Assembly: GCA_039026795.1 (NCBI GenBank)
Contig: JBCCLQ010000001.1
Span: forward strand, 1 to 52,053
Direction: 5' to 3'
DNA from: Pseudomonadota bacterium
Lineage (GTDB): Bacteria > Pseudomonadota > Alphaproteobacteria > Micavibrionales > Micavibrionaceae
Length of the DNA: 52,053 bases
Of this stretch, positions 7,929 through 17,793 are shown one piece after another (position 1 is the stretch's first letter; every line of letters begins with the position of its first letter). The translations under genes and the position numbers were made by a program. Under the pieces are notes generated by a model. That model saw only the letters and a program-made list of their open reading frames with translations. It was not told the origin of the DNA and ran no database searches.

Positions 7929-10583
7929 ATGAGAATGACTCGCACCGGCCTTGATACTCTTCAAACACGTAAAACCCTAACTGTTGATGGAAAAGATTAT
8001 GATTATTTCAGCCTGAAAGAAGCTGAAAAACAGCTCGGAGACCTTTCCAAGATGCCTTTTACACTGAAAGTCTTGCTGGAAAACCTTTTGCGCTATGAAG
8101 ATTGTCGATCCGTTGAGGTTGATGATATGAAGGCTTTGGTGGCGCGTGAGAATAAAGAAATTGCTTATCGTCCGGCCCGCGTTCTGATGCAGGATTTCAC
8201 CGGTGTACCGGCCGTTGTTGATTTGGCAGCCATGCGTGAAGCAATGAAAGCTCTGGGTGGAGATGCACAAAAAATTAACCCATTGAGTGCTGTTGATTTG
8301 GTGATTGATCACTCTGTCATGGTTGATGAATTCGGAACGCCTCGTGCGTTTCAGGTGAATGTGGAACGTGAATTTGAACGCAATGGTGAACGCTATGCGT
8401 TTTTGCGTTGGGGGCAAGACGCATTTGATAATTTCCGTGTTGTGCCGCCAGGCACTGGTATTTGTCACCAGGTGAATTTGGAGTATCTCGGGCAGACCGT
8501 TTGGGTTGAAAAAGATCAGGACGGAAAAAATGTAGCTTATCCAGATACATTAGTGGGAACAGACTCTCACACAACAATGGTGAATGGACTTGCTATTTTG
8601 GGCTGGGGTGTCGGTGGTATTGAGGCTGAAGCTGCGATGCTTGGGCAGCCTATTTCTATGCTTATTCCTGAAGTCATTGGCTTTAAATTGACGGGAGCGC
8701 TCAAGGAAGGCGCAACCGCAACAGACCTCGTTTTGACCGTGACTGAAATGCTCCGTGAAAAAGGTGTGGTTGGAAAGTTTGTTGAATTCTACGGCGATGG
8801 TTTAGACCACATGACCTTGCCGGATCGTGCGACTCTCGGGAACATGTCACCGGAGTTTGGTTCGACATGTGCGTTCTTCCCGATTGATGATGAAGCGCTG
8901 CGTTATTTGCGCTTCACAGGTCGGGAAGAACACCGCGTGAAACTGGTTGAAGCCTATGCGAAAGAGCAGGGCATGTGGCGTGAAAGCGGTCACGAACCCG
9001 AATTCAATGACACACTTCATCTGGATATGAGTACGGTTGAACCTGCGATTGCGGGACCAAAACGCCCGCAAGATAAAATCTTATTGTCCAATGCCGTATC
9101 CGCTTTTGATGCTTTGAAAAACGATGGTACGAAGCAGGACGTGGAAGGCGAAGACTATGATCTGGAAGATGGTGATGTTGTTATCGCTGCGATTACATCT
9201 TGTACCAATACATCCAACCCATCTGTCATGGTCGGTGCGGGACTGCTGGCTCGTAATGCATTGGCAAAGGGTTTGGAAGTGAAGCCATGGGTTAAAACAT
9301 CCTTGGCGCCGGGTTCGCAAGTCGTCACAGATTATTTGGAAAAGGCAGGGCTACAAGATGATCTGGATGCGCTTGGTTTTAACTTGGTTGGTTACGGGTG
9401 CACGACGTGTATTGGTAACTCCGGGCCATTACCTGACAATATTGCGAAGGCTGTTGAAGATGGTGATTTAACCGTCTGTGGCGTTTTGTCTGGTAACCGA
9501 AATTTTGAAGGGCGTATTAATCCGCACGTTCGTGCCAACTATCTGGCGTCTCCGCCATTGGTCGTTGCGTATGCTTTGGCCGGTTCCATGGAAGTTGATT
9601 TATACAATGATCCGTTAGGTCAGGATAAAGATGGCAATGACGTCTTCATGAAAGATATCTGGCCGACGAATAAAGAAATTCAGGATACAGTTGAGCAATG
9701 TTTAACGCCTGAGATGTTCCAATCACGTTATGCTGATGTATTCAAAGGCACGGAAGAATGGCAGGAAATTTGTAGTGCAGATAGTGGCGAGACGTATGAC
9801 TGGGTACCGGGTTCAACGTATGTGAAAAATCCACCGTATTTTGAAGGGATGAGCGCCGAACCCGGCGATATCAATGATGTGAAAGGTGCGCATTGCTTGG
9901 CGCTACTCGGTGATAGTGTCACAACAGACCACGTTTCTCCGGCTGGTTCAATCGCTAAAGATTCTCCTGCTGGTGAATATCTAAAATCCCATCAGGTTAG
10001 TGTTGCTGATTTCAACTCTTATGGCTCCCGTCGCGGTAATCACGAAGTCATGATGCGTGGAACATTCGGTAACATTCGTATTCGAAACGAAATGGTACCG
10101 GACACAGAAGGTGGTTTTACCAAGCATGTTCCGAGCGGCGATGAGCTTTCAATCTATGATGCTGCAATGAAATATCAGAAAGAGGCCACACCACTGGTAG
10201 TCATTGCCGGTAAAGAATACGGCACCGGATCATCTCGTGACTGGGCCGCGAAAGGGACACGATTGCTGGGTGTGAAAGCCGTAATTGCTGAAAGCTATGA
10301 ACGTATTCACCGCTCCAACTTGGTTGGTATGGGCGTATTACCATTGCAGTTTAAAGATGGCGACAGTCGTAAGTCTTTAAACCTAACAGGCGATGAAGTT
10401 TTTGATCTCACAGGTATTGAAGGCAATTTGAGCCCACGTCAGGATGTTGAAATGACAATTCATCGTGCAGACGGATCAGCAGATAAGGTACAACTCCTCT
10501 GCCGCATCGATACACTCGATGAGATTGAATATTACAAACATGGTGGAATTTTGCATTACGTGTTGAGAAGCTTGGCGGCTTAA
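7929..10583 (+). CDS. acnA: Aconitate hydratase A
   Basis: 884 aa with canonical AcnA/IRP blocks: [64 protein letters not shown]. Confidence 0.95.
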   Translation: MRMTRTGLDTLQTRKTLTVDGKDYDYFSLKEAEKQLGDLSKMPFTLKVLLENLLRYEDCRSVEVDDMKALVARENKEIAYRPARVLMQDFTGVPAVVDLAAMREAMKALGGDAQKINPLSAVDLVIDHSVMVDEFGTPRAFQVNVEREFERNGERYAFLRWGQDAFDNFRVVPPGTGICHQVNLEYLGQTVWVEKDQDGKNVAYPDTLVGTDSHTTMVNGLAILGWGVGGIEAEAAMLGQPISMLIPEVIGFKLTGALKEGATATDLVLTVTEMLREKGVVGKFVEFYGDGLDHMTLPDRATLGNMSPEFGSTCAFFPIDDEALRYLRFTGREEHRVKLVEAYAKEQGMWRESGHEPEFNDTLHLDMSTVEPAIAGPKRPQDKILLSNAVSAFDALKNDGTKQDVEGEDYDLEDGDVVIAAITSCTNTSNPSVMVGAGLLARNALAKGLEVKPWVKTSLAPGSQVVTDYLEKAGLQDDLDALGFNLVGYGCTTCIGNSGPLPDNIAKAVEDGDLTVCGVLSGNRNFEGRINPHVRANYLASPPLVVAYALAGSMEVDLYNDPLGQDKDGNDVFMKDIWPTNKEIQDTVEQCLTPEMFQSRYADVFKGTEEWQEICSADSGETYDWVPGSTYVKNPPYFEGMSAEPGDINDVKGAHCLALLGDSVTTDHVSPAGSIAKDSPAGEYLKSHQVSVADFNSYGSRRGNHEVMMRGTFGNIRIRNEMVPDTEGGFTKHVPSGDELSIYDAAMKYQKEATPLVVIAGKEYGTGSSRDWAAKGTRLLGVKAVIAESYERIHRSNLVGMGVLPLQFKDGDSRKSLNLTGDEVFDLTGIEGNLSPRQDVEMTIHRADGSADKVQLLCRIDTLDEIEYYKHGGILHYVLRSLAA

Positions 10584-11524
10584 TCGACCCATTCACCCTG
10601 ATCCTGTTCACCGGACTCAATCATTTCCTGAATTTGGGGTGCTAGGATGGTATGAGCGACTTCTTCGGCATCTATGATGGCTTTTGAGAAGTTTGGGCGT
10701 TCAGGGCGGTATGTCACATCGTATAGCATCTCATATTTATTAATCGCACGATTAAGTGAGCCGACACGTTCAACGGTACGTTTGCCTTTACGGTCATCAT
10801 CTGAATATTGTTCGATAAGCTTATAGGCTTTTTTCTTGTTGTACATACCAGCCTGAAAAGCGAGTTGAATACCTTCTAAAAATGCTGCCGATACAGTCAA
10901 AGATTGCGATACTCTGACGGATGACCCGTTCGGCTTTTTCTTTGCTGTAAAGTTAAATGTTGTTGTGCGGTTAGCCGATCTCAAGATGACGCCGCATTTT
11001 GCTTCATCCGATTTAAAAGCAACAACCAATGCAATGTTTGAGTCATATTCAATGTGAACATCTTTGCCTGCCTTCTTAAAAGCCTCTTCGGCAAATTCGA
11101 TTGATTCTTTATACTTACCGTTATTGGCTGCATCGCATTGTTCAATAATATCTAAAAATGCATGGTGCTCGCCTTCTTCAAACACGATGCGACCTTTGTG
11201 ATAGACCACACCCCAGATATCAGGATTCCAGTCACGCTCATATCCTTTGATGACTTCTTGCCATAAATCCTGCCAATAAAATTTACGTCGTCTCACCATA
11301 ATTGGACCGGAATCTTGAAATTCCTTGACGATCATGGCTGCGAAACGCACACAGCTATGCATATTTTGGGCGCGCACGACAAAACTTTCACGTTCACCTG
11401 TGCGCTCGGAATACATTGCAACAACCATACGATTGCTAAGCGCAACTACGTCATCTTCATTTTCCAGCTTTTGTGTGGCTGAAATTACAAATTTTTCGCG
11501 AACAAGTGATGAGTTGAATTCCAT
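10580..11524 (-). CDS. Hypothetical protein (no family recognised)
   Basis: 314-aa ORF with coding-like composition and an acidic C-terminus. Its stop overlaps the acnA stop (TTAA). Confidence 0.55.
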   Translation of the reverse strand: MEFNSSLVREKFVISATQKLENEDDVVALSNRMVVAMYSERTGERESFVVRAQNMHSCVRFAAMIVKEFQDSGPIMVRRRKFYWQDLWQEVIKGYERDWNPDIWGVVYHKGRIVFEEGEHHAFLDIIEQCDAANNGKYKESIEFAEEAFKKAGKDVHIEYDSNIALVVAFKSDEAKCGVILRSANRTTTFNFTAKKKPNGSSVRVSQSLTVSAAFLEGIQLAFQAGMYNKKKAYKLIEQYSDDDRKGKRTVERVGSLNRAINKYEMLYDVTYRPERPNFSKAIIDAEEVAHTILAPQIQEMIESGEQDQGEWVD

Positions 11525-11678
11525 GACATTCCTCAGATATAAAGTATATCATGGCTAAAGGTTTGAATCATTTCAATTATTTATATAAGACTTTTCTAAA
11601 ATACAATATAAAAAGAAAGACGCAGATTAAAAAATCATGCGCCTTATCTAGTTGTCGTGCGGAGTTAAACTTTAAATC

Positions 11679-11888
11679 CTATAATTGAAAGGCACGGACT
11701 TGCCTTCGACACCCTCTGCCTTGGCCATTTGCTCTGTCTTCCCTGATATCACAAACCATGTTTACGACTTCGTATCCCTGTTCAGCTTCCTCGCCAAATA
11801 CCTCTACTAAAACACCTCCGAATGCCGCTCCAAATAGAAGACTTCCTTCAGAATGTTCGGCTTTCGCCTGTTGTGATTTAGTAAACAT
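11679..11888 (-). CDS. Small hypothetical protein
   Basis: 69 aa when started at MFTKSQQ, which has GAGGAA about 5 nt upstream. No recognisable family. Confidence 0.3.
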   Translation of the reverse strand: MFTKSQQAKAEHSEGSLLFGAAFGGVLVEVFGEEAEQGYEVVNMVCDIREDRANGQGRGCRRQVRAFQL

Positions 11889-11970
11889 AGTTTCCTCGTT
11901 CCCTTTGATCATCAAGGTACAGGGGCGGGGTAAAAGGGGATTTAATTTTCGATAAAATTCGAACTAATTG

Positions 11971-12600
11971 TTATTCGGCTCGGTTTTCTGCGAAGAGAGC
12001 GTCGATATCGTCCTGAGATTGGGCTTTCATTTTGCCCTCTGAAACTTCTTCAACGGCTTTGTTCTTGTCGGTTTCAACGTTAATGCCTAAGCGATTTAAA
12101 GTGCCGCTCAAACGCTCTTCAATCATTTGCAGGTTTTCAAGCGTCTTGCGTATACGTTGCCCTGTTAAATCCTGGAAAGTACAGGCCAACAGAATGTTTT
12201 GAACATCACTTCTGATATTTTCTAAGAGCTCTTCGCGTTTGTCAGGATTGTCCCAGTCTTTTTGCTCACCCACAAGCTCTGCTATTCTGTCGGCGGCATC
12301 CAGAATTTTATTGGCTGCTTCTTCTGTATCGCCAATTACAGCTTCCAGTTCAACACCAGTATTTACCTGTGTTTCTCCCTCGCCTTGATAGGATATCGCA
12401 GACATAATATCCAGTATTTCACTAAAGCGTCGCGCAATGCCTTCTTCGGCCATATCGACTTGCTGGGATGTGGCATTGATTTCCATGGAAATTTCATCAA
12501 AACGGCGGGCAATGAATTGTTCCATAAGAGACAATTTGTCATTAATGCCGAAGACTGAGTCTTCCAAATCACCGACAACGTTTTCGGGTTCTTTACTCAC
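11971..12600 (-). CDS. cheZ: CheZ-like CheY-P phosphatase
   Basis: The FQDLTGQRIRK motif matches the CheZ active-site QDxTGQ, within a long helical acidic protein. Preferred start is GTG 12600, with GGAGA 7 nt upstream. The track ORF extends to 12663. Confidence 0.65.
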   Translation of the reverse strand: MSKEPENVVGDLEDSVFGINDKLSLMEQFIARRFDEISMEINATSQQVDMAEEGIARRFSEILDIMSAISYQGEGETQVNTGVELEAVIGDTEEAANKILDAADRIAELVGEQKDWDNPDKREELLENIRSDVQNILLACTFQDLTGQRIRKTLENLQMIEERLSGTLNRLGINVETDKNKAVEEVSEGKMKAQSQDDIDALFAENRAE

Positions 12601-12724
12601 TATTATATCTCCAAATAATCTATGGTAGTAAACGAATTTCAACATGGAATGTCCAGAAGACAATCCACAGATTAAGGCTTAATCCCCTTAATCTTCTGTT
12701 AAAAACCTTAAAACATAAGATAGC

Positions 12725-13957
12725 ATGTCGTTTATGAAGATATTGATTGCATGGGAACTAGGAAAAAACTTCGGCCATATCATCAAAATTATTGAAATGG
12801 CTAAGCCTCTTTATGATAGGGGGGCAGAGATTATTTTTGCAGTTCAGGATCCAGGTGAATTTCTAAAGTTCAAACCTGACTATCCATATACAATGCTTCA
12901 GGCACCTTTCGCATCGATCCGACCTATAAAATCCCCAATTTTGACTTTTACAGATGACTTACGCCCCTGTGGGTATAACAATTCCAGTACAATGGCTGGC
13001 CTCATAGAAGCATGGCGTTCGCTATATGATTTGGTGTCGCCGGATATTTTAGTGACACAATCTTCACCTACTGCTTTGATAGCTGCCCGGGATCTTAATT
13101 TCCCAAAAGTTGCATTTGGAACATCTTACGAGCTTCCTCCTCTTCAGACTCCTATGCCGCTAATACCTTACTGGGAAAATGTAAGCGAAGATATTTTGTT
13201 GAAGCGTGAACAAGATGTTCTTTCAAATGTTAATGAAGCTCTCAAAGGCTTCTCTATTAAGCTTTATGATCATTTTTCGGACATTTATGAAGTGGATGCA
13301 AAATTTGTTTGCGGTTTTGAAGAACTTGATCATTACCCGGATAGACAGGAAAATGTGAAATATTATGGCACGTTGTTCAAAACCAATGCTGGTGCATCGC
13401 TGAAATGGAACTCAAAAGCATCCAAACATATTTTTGCGTATCTGCGACCTAAAGAAAAATCATTCAAACCAGTATTTTCTGCGCTGTGCGAGTTGCCGAA
13501 TAATTACGATGTGATTATTGCTGCTCCTGGCATCGATCCAAAGCTAAAGGAAGCATACGAGAACAATCATGTTGGTATCGAAGACGGACCGGTGAAGCTG
13601 GATAATATTATGTCGAAATGTGATTTGGCTGTATGCCATGCTGGAGTTGGTATTTCCTCTGCTTTCTTGCTAAAAGGTGTTCCGCTTATGTTGTTTCCTG
13701 GACACATAGAACAATTGATGTTCGGTCGTGCAATTGGACGGTTAGGCGCAGGGCGCGGAGCGTTTGGTCACGTCACAACCGATAAGGTTCATGAGTTAAT
13801 TAATTTGTTGCTGAATGAAGAAGAGTTTAAGGAAGCTGCAAAATCATTCGCTAAAAAATATAAAGGATACAAACCTTCGAAAGCTGTCGAAGACATGGCG
13901 GATGAAATTTTTAAACTCTCCAAATCCAAAAAGCCACGTAAGAAAAAACGCGCTTAA
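12725..13957 (+). CDS. GT-B glycosyltransferase (GT1/GT28, MGT-like)
   Basis: The C-terminal block CDLAVCHAGVGISSAFLLKGVPLMLFPGHIEQ is typical of UDP-sugar GT-B enzymes. It has a Lys-rich tail (KSKKPRKKKRA) and lower GC than its neighbours. Confidence 0.7.
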   Translation: MSFMKILIAWELGKNFGHIIKIIEMAKPLYDRGAEIIFAVQDPGEFLKFKPDYPYTMLQAPFASIRPIKSPILTFTDDLRPCGYNNSSTMAGLIEAWRSLYDLVSPDILVTQSSPTALIAARDLNFPKVAFGTSYELPPLQTPMPLIPYWENVSEDILLKREQDVLSNVNEALKGFSIKLYDHFSDIYEVDAKFVCGFEELDHYPDRQENVKYYGTLFKTNAGASLKWNSKASKHIFAYLRPKEKSFKPVFSALCELPNNYDVIIAAPGIDPKLKEAYENNHVGIEDGPVKLDNIMSKCDLAVCHAGVGISSAFLLKGVPLMLFPGHIEQLMFGRAIGRLGAGRGAFGHVTTDKVHELINLLLNEEEFKEAAKSFAKKYKGYKPSKAVEDMADEIFKLSKSKKPRKKKRA

Positions 13958-14835
13958 ACAAACTCCTTTGCCAGAGCTTCGATGTGTTCAGGTCCGATAC
14001 CGCAACAACCGCCAATAATGCTAGCGCCGTCGGAACACCATTTTTTTGCAAATTCCAAATATAGTTCAGGTGTTAATTCGTTGCGCATTTCTGTTAAACC
14101 GTCATTGGCTTCATTGTTATCTTGTGCTTCTGCGAAAGTATTGGCGTAAGCACCGATTTGCATAGCATCACTAAGGACATTTTTTGCAGCGAGGATTGCG
14201 TCTTCCATTTCCTCAGGTTGCGAGCAATTAAAGAGGATGGCTTCAACACCCTTCATATTTTTTAAGGCTTTCGCGCAATCCTCAATCGTTTCTCCTGAAC
14301 GATTCCTGACAGTTGTATTTTTATCTTCACGCTCGCTTACCGTAAAAGAAATCCAAATGGGTTTATTTGTATTCTTTAGATGATCATAAGCCATTTGTGC
14401 TTCTTGAATTGCGGATGTTGTTTCCACCAGCCAGACATTGACAAAATCCTGTTGCTCTTCGATCAGAGGCTTCAGCAGATCTGGTGCTTTTTCACCATCG
14501 AAGTCATCCGGCGCGTAAGAGCCAAAAAGTGGAGGAATGCATCCTGCAACTTTCACATTATTTCCGGCAACATCCTTTGCGATTGTGGCTGCGAGACTAA
14601 TTAATTCACGGCCCTGCTCATTAAACCGATCCCAGCCGATATGGAACGGGACAAGTGCATACGTGTTTGTTGTAATCACTTCCGCTCCGGCATCAATAAA
14701 GGATTGATGCGCTTGCGTGACTGTTTCCGGTGCTTCCATCAAAGCCAAAGCAGACCATTCAGGTTGTTTGAAGGGCGCGCCCATACGTTTTAATTCGCGG
14801 CCCATGCCGCCATCGAGAATTGTGATTTTTGTCAT
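13954..14835 (-). CDS. mmuM: Homocysteine S-methyltransferase
   Basis: ILDGGMGREL at the N-terminus and GGCCGIGPEHI at the C-terminus (zinc-binding Cys pair of the Pfam S-methyl_trans family). Confidence 0.85.
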   Translation of the reverse strand: MTKITILDGGMGRELKRMGAPFKQPEWSALALMEAPETVTQAHQSFIDAGAEVITTNTYALVPFHIGWDRFNEQGRELISLAATIAKDVAGNNVKVAGCIPPLFGSYAPDDFDGEKAPDLLKPLIEEQQDFVNVWLVETTSAIQEAQMAYDHLKNTNKPIWISFTVSEREDKNTTVRNRSGETIEDCAKALKNMKGVEAILFNCSQPEEMEDAILAAKNVLSDAMQIGAYANTFAEAQDNNEANDGLTEMRNELTPELYLEFAKKWCSDGASIIGGCCGIGPEHIEALAKEFV

Positions 14836-14837
14836 GA

Positions 14838-15152
14838 TTATTCGGTTATATAGAAAGCGACATATTCTTCAAGCTCGGTGAGCGTTTTGTTATGCATGAT
14901 TTTCTTAATTTCAGCATCCATTTCGGCTTGATCCATTTGGCCTTTGGCTTGTTGCTTTTTGATGATGTCTTGCATGATCATCATGGAAACAGTGACGAAA
15001 CGCTGTTGATCTTCCTCTGAGCGCTGTTTCACACGTTCCATTGTTTCATTGACGGCTGCAACGCTGTCTGCCTTCACCACGAAGTCTTCGGCATAGGCGG
15101 GCGTGGCCGCAAAAACCAAAAGAACCAAACAAAGAAGTAATCGCATAACCAT
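14838..15152 (-). CDS. Small secreted hypothetical protein
   Basis: Signal peptide MVMRLLLCLVLLVFAATPAYA|ED, followed by a charged helical region. Its stop lies 2 nt from the mmuM start. Confidence 0.55.
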   Translation of the reverse strand: MVMRLLLCLVLLVFAATPAYAEDFVVKADSVAAVNETMERVKQRSEEDQQRFVTVSMMIMQDIIKKQQAKGQMDQAEMDAEIKKIMHNKTLTELEEYVAFYITE

Positions 15153-15170
15153 AGTCTCTCACACTCTTTC

Positions 15171-15890
15171 TTAAGGCTTTAATAACGCCCGCGCGGAAAC
15201 CGTGAGTTGAATGGTGGTTTCACCGGCGGCGGCCACCGGAGCAACCATTTCCATGGATGATGCCATCGCCATACCACGTGCGTGATGCACGGGATGATAG
15301 GGGATGCCGGAGCTTTGCACGCTGACATCGCGCAAATCGGCCTTCGATTTGCCCAAAGCTGCTGCTGCCCGATCCGCGCGTTCCTGAAGTTGTTTGAGCG
15401 CCGCTTCCATCAGATTATCTTGCACCTCCACGGCTGTTTTGGGGGCGAGCATGTAGGACAAGCCGTTCATATTCAGTCCCATATCCTGTAATTTTCCCGC
15501 CAGTTCCAACACATCGTCCGCTTCCATGGATTTCAGCGTCAGGTTTTGTTGTCCGCGCCATAGCTTTTCTTTCGTACGCGGTTCCGTGGTTTCGTATACT
15601 TGATAGGAGCCAGTATTCACCTTCACCGTATTGACCTTTTTGGCAGTTTCCAGAGCCTTCGCCATAGTTTTGTTGATTTCGTTTTGGACGAATTTGGGAT
15701 CGCGATTGGTGATGGTGAAGGACAGGTTCGCGACCAGTAAATCCTGCTCGACCTCTTTGCGCTCCGTTGCTGAAATATTCAAAATGACCTGACCGTCGGG
15801 CATGGACAGGATCGGGTCTTCCACCTGTGCCATGGCGGGGGTGGCATAAAGCATTGATATGGTGAGTAGAACGGTGAACACGGCGCGCAT
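15171..15890 (-). CDS. SIMPL-domain (DUF541/BP26-like) periplasmic protein
   Basis: Signal peptide MRAVFTVLLTISMLYATPAMAQ, with SIMPL-like length and pattern. The start was moved to 15890 because AAGGAG lies 6 nt upstream. Confidence 0.8.
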   Translation of the reverse strand: MRAVFTVLLTISMLYATPAMAQVEDPILSMPDGQVILNISATERKEVEQDLLVANLSFTITNRDPKFVQNEINKTMAKALETAKKVNTVKVNTGSYQVYETTEPRTKEKLWRGQQNLTLKSMEADDVLELAGKLQDMGLNMNGLSYMLAPKTAVEVQDNLMEAALKQLQERADRAAAALGKSKADLRDVSVQSSGIPYHPVHHARGMAMASSMEMVAPVAAAGETTIQLTVSARALLKP

Positions 15891-15963
15891 GGCAAGCTCC
15901 TTTATGGGTTTCGATGCGCGTACTATAGCGGCTTCGATGGCATGCGGGAAGAGGGGAGGCAAA

Positions 15964-16041
15964 TCCTTCAGTTCGTTGGCGAGGCGGGGGTGGCCGAGGG
16001 GGTGAGGGCATTGATATAAAAGGATATTCCTTTAGTTCGTT
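15964..16041. repeat. Two copies of TCCTT(C/T)AGTTCGTT spaced 64 bp apart, upstream of the SIMPL gene
   Basis: Copies at 15964-15977 and 16028-16041 match at 13 of 14 positions. Confidence 0.4.
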
Positions 16042-16122
16042 TGTGGGGTGTATTCTTGCCTTTTGTCGTTCAAAACTCATAGAACTATTATAGGATATTT
16101 TTCCTATTTTGGGAAGTGGAAA

Positions 16123-16140
16123 CCACAGAGTTCACGGAGG
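16123..16140 (+). repeat. Solo copy of the CCACRGAGTTCACGGAG motif
   Basis: CCACAGAGTTCACGGAGG compared with CCACGGAGTTCACGGAG at 49302-49318, which flanks the GxxExxY gene. Confidence 0.6.
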
Positions 16141-16185
16141 AGAAAAGAGGTCAAAGAGGTATGAGTGTCATTCGCAAAGCGATGC

Positions 16186-16240
16186 ATCCTGACGAAAGTC
16201 AGGATCTTTTTCGCATGAGATCCCAAATCAAGTTTGGGAT
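16186..16240. repeat. Two adjacent REP/MITE-like hairpins with ATCC...GGAT ends
   Basis: ATCCTGAC-gaaa-GTCAGGAT (16186-16205) and ATCCCAAA-tcaag-TTTGGGAT (16220-16240). Confidence 0.6.
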
Positions 16241-16250
16241 GCAATGATAC

Positions 16251-16649
16251 TTATTGTGCGTCCTGCATCTCCCTCTGGCGCATGGGCATGGCGTCGATGA
16301 GGGCGAAGAGCTCTTCGGCCGCCACGGGTTTGTCCCAACGGCCTTTTTCACCGCCATCCTTGCCGATCAGAATGACAATGAATTGATGCGGTTCGACATC
16401 AAATTGCATGTAACGCGCCATGGTATCGGGCGCGGGCGTTATGCCGCGGACGATCAGATCACGCTCCGCAAAACCGTCCGCATGATCGACCACAATTTTG
16501 GCCTGCGCTTCGACCTTGTCCTGCACGCTCTCATCCCCATTGAAAACGAGCAGCACGCGGTTTTGCCAACGTAACTCTTCCAGACTTTGGGCATGCGTGG
16601 TCATGGGTAAGATCATAAACAGAGCGAGGAGACTGGTGAAGTCAGGCAT
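16251..16649 (-). CDS. DUF4174-domain secreted protein
   Basis: WQNRVLLVF...ERDLIV...FIVILIGKDGGEKGRW is a DUF4174-like pattern, with signal peptide MPDFTSLLALFMILPMTTHAQS. The start is uncertain (16649, 16676 or 16721); the longer versions run into a palindromic element. Confidence 0.65.
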   Translation of the reverse strand: MPDFTSLLALFMILPMTTHAQSLEELRWQNRVLLVFNGDESVQDKVEAQAKIVVDHADGFAERDLIVRGITPAPDTMARYMQFDVEPHQFIVILIGKDGGEKGRWDKPVAAEELFALIDAMPMRQREMQDAQ

Positions 16650-16674
16650 AGATATGACTATACACTGGATTGTC

Positions 16675-16696
16675 ATGCCCGCCAACGTGCGGGCAT
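16675..16696. repeat. REP-like hairpin
   Basis: ATGCCCGC-caacgt-GCGGGCAT, followed by CCGGATCC. Confidence 0.5.
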
Positions 16697-16762
16697 CCGG
16701 ATCCCCGCATAAAGCAGGCATAACGGGTTGGCTAAGAGCTTTCGGTCCTAATCATTTTCTGG

Positions 16763-16804
16763 ATCCCGTTTGTGCAAGCTCACTGTTGTTCGCGCCAACG
16801 GGAT
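16763..16804. repeat. REP-like inverted repeat
   Basis: ATCCCGTT and AACGGGAT separated by 26 nt. Confidence 0.4.
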
Positions 16805-16838
16805 GACGGATTCCTAAGACCAAGGTCTAAGGTATCGG

Positions 16839-16877
16839 TCACTTATCGTCACCCATTTTAAGGGCATTGATGAAGGC
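16839..16877 (-). pseudogene. Relic copy of the lepA 3' end (encodes [12 protein letters not shown])
   Basis: The minus-strand translation gives [12 protein letters not shown]-stop, compared with the [11 protein letters not shown]-stop that ends the intact lepA. It lies in an intergenic position. Confidence 0.75.
16852..16877. repeat. Direct repeat copy A (CCCATTTTAAGGGCATTGATGAAGGC)
   Basis: Matches 17804-17829 at 25 of 26 positions. Confidence 0.9.
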
Positions 16878-16882
16878 GAAAA

Positions 16883-17620
16883 CTAAGGTTTCCAAAATTC
16901 TAAACGCAAGCCTAAATAACCGTTCAGCAAGCTTGGTGCATTTTGTCCTGTTAAAGCTTTCGACAGTTCACCGGATGGAATATATCTAACCCCTGCCTCA
17001 ATGTTGGAATGACCCAAATCAAAGCCCACGCCAGCGCTGCTGAAAACATATAATAGACGACCACCAATAAGCGCTTCATCACGAATAACACCCTCGTAGC
17101 CATCAACCCAAGCCGCACCAGCGCCTACGCTGGCATAAATATTACTTAATAGATCACGATTGACGTGTCCGGCAACATAGGGGCCTTCAGAGCGCAGGAA
17201 ATGACTGTTTTCAAATGTGGTATATCCAGCTTCAGCGCCAAATGACCAAGGGCTATCTGGAGATGGCGTGTATTCTGCACCAAGACCTAAAGTCATAATA
17301 TGGTTAACTTCATTATAGCCACCTTTTGGAGCTCCGATGCTATTTGTGTGGTAAACACCCCCAGAGTAGGTGGCGGAGACATAAGGTGACCAATTGTCGT
17401 GTGTTTGTTGTTTCGCTCCGCCTTGTGCAGAACGATGATTGTCGGCATTGCTAGCATTCCCATAACGATCGACCAACATTCTTTGCAGAGAATCGGTTAT
17501 AATGGGGGCGGATGTGGTTATTGTTCCAGACCCCGCAGAGGCAGAAAAAGGATATAAAGCTGAAAACGCAACTGTAGTTACGGCAGCAAATACCCGTCGA
17601 ATCGACTGTGATATATTCAT
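16883..17620 (-). CDS. Outer-membrane beta-barrel protein (OmpA_membrane/porin-like, 8-10 strands)
   Basis: Signal peptide ending SASA|GS, alternating aromatic/Gly-rich strands, and a C-terminal ...GLRLEFWKP. GC is lower than in lepA. Confidence 0.65.
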   Translation of the reverse strand: MNISQSIRRVFAAVTTVAFSALYPFSASAGSGTITTSAPIITDSLQRMLVDRYGNASNADNHRSAQGGAKQQTHDNWSPYVSATYSGGVYHTNSIGAPKGGYNEVNHIMTLGLGAEYTPSPDSPWSFGAEAGYTTFENSHFLRSEGPYVAGHVNRDLLSNIYASVGAGAAWVDGYEGVIRDEALIGGRLLYVFSSAGVGFDLGHSNIEAGVRYIPSGELSKALTGQNAPSLLNGYLGLRLEFWKP

Positions 17621-17793
17621 GACACACCTCTTTATATGAATATACCTTACTTAAATTTTATGTAAAAATCAAATTTGTTTATTTTTTTCTATCGCATCTT
17701 GTTTCATCTTACGCTCTGGATCAAAGGTGGCGCATGGAATGATAAGTTGGTTGATAAAAAATCCCCATTTTCCGCGGGAAGCCATATGGGCGT

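Noticed and set aside
7977-9320. Several minus-strand ORFs (163, 86, 74 and 79 aa) inside acnA
   Set aside because: They are antisense shadows of a canonical aconitase gene.
16003-16015. Third partial copy (TGAGGGCATTGAT, 13 nt) of the lepA-3' repeat, which would imply two tandem cassettes
   Set aside because: Exact 13-mers are expected to recur by chance tens of times in 52 kb, and the flanks do not align. I kept it only as a weak hint.
15415-16080. 221-aa ORF on the minus strand overlapping the SIMPL gene and its upstream region
   Set aside because: It is an alternative frame of a GC-rich real gene. Its Arg/Pro/Gly/His-rich composition has no protein-like pattern, and it runs through repeat-containing intergenic DNA.
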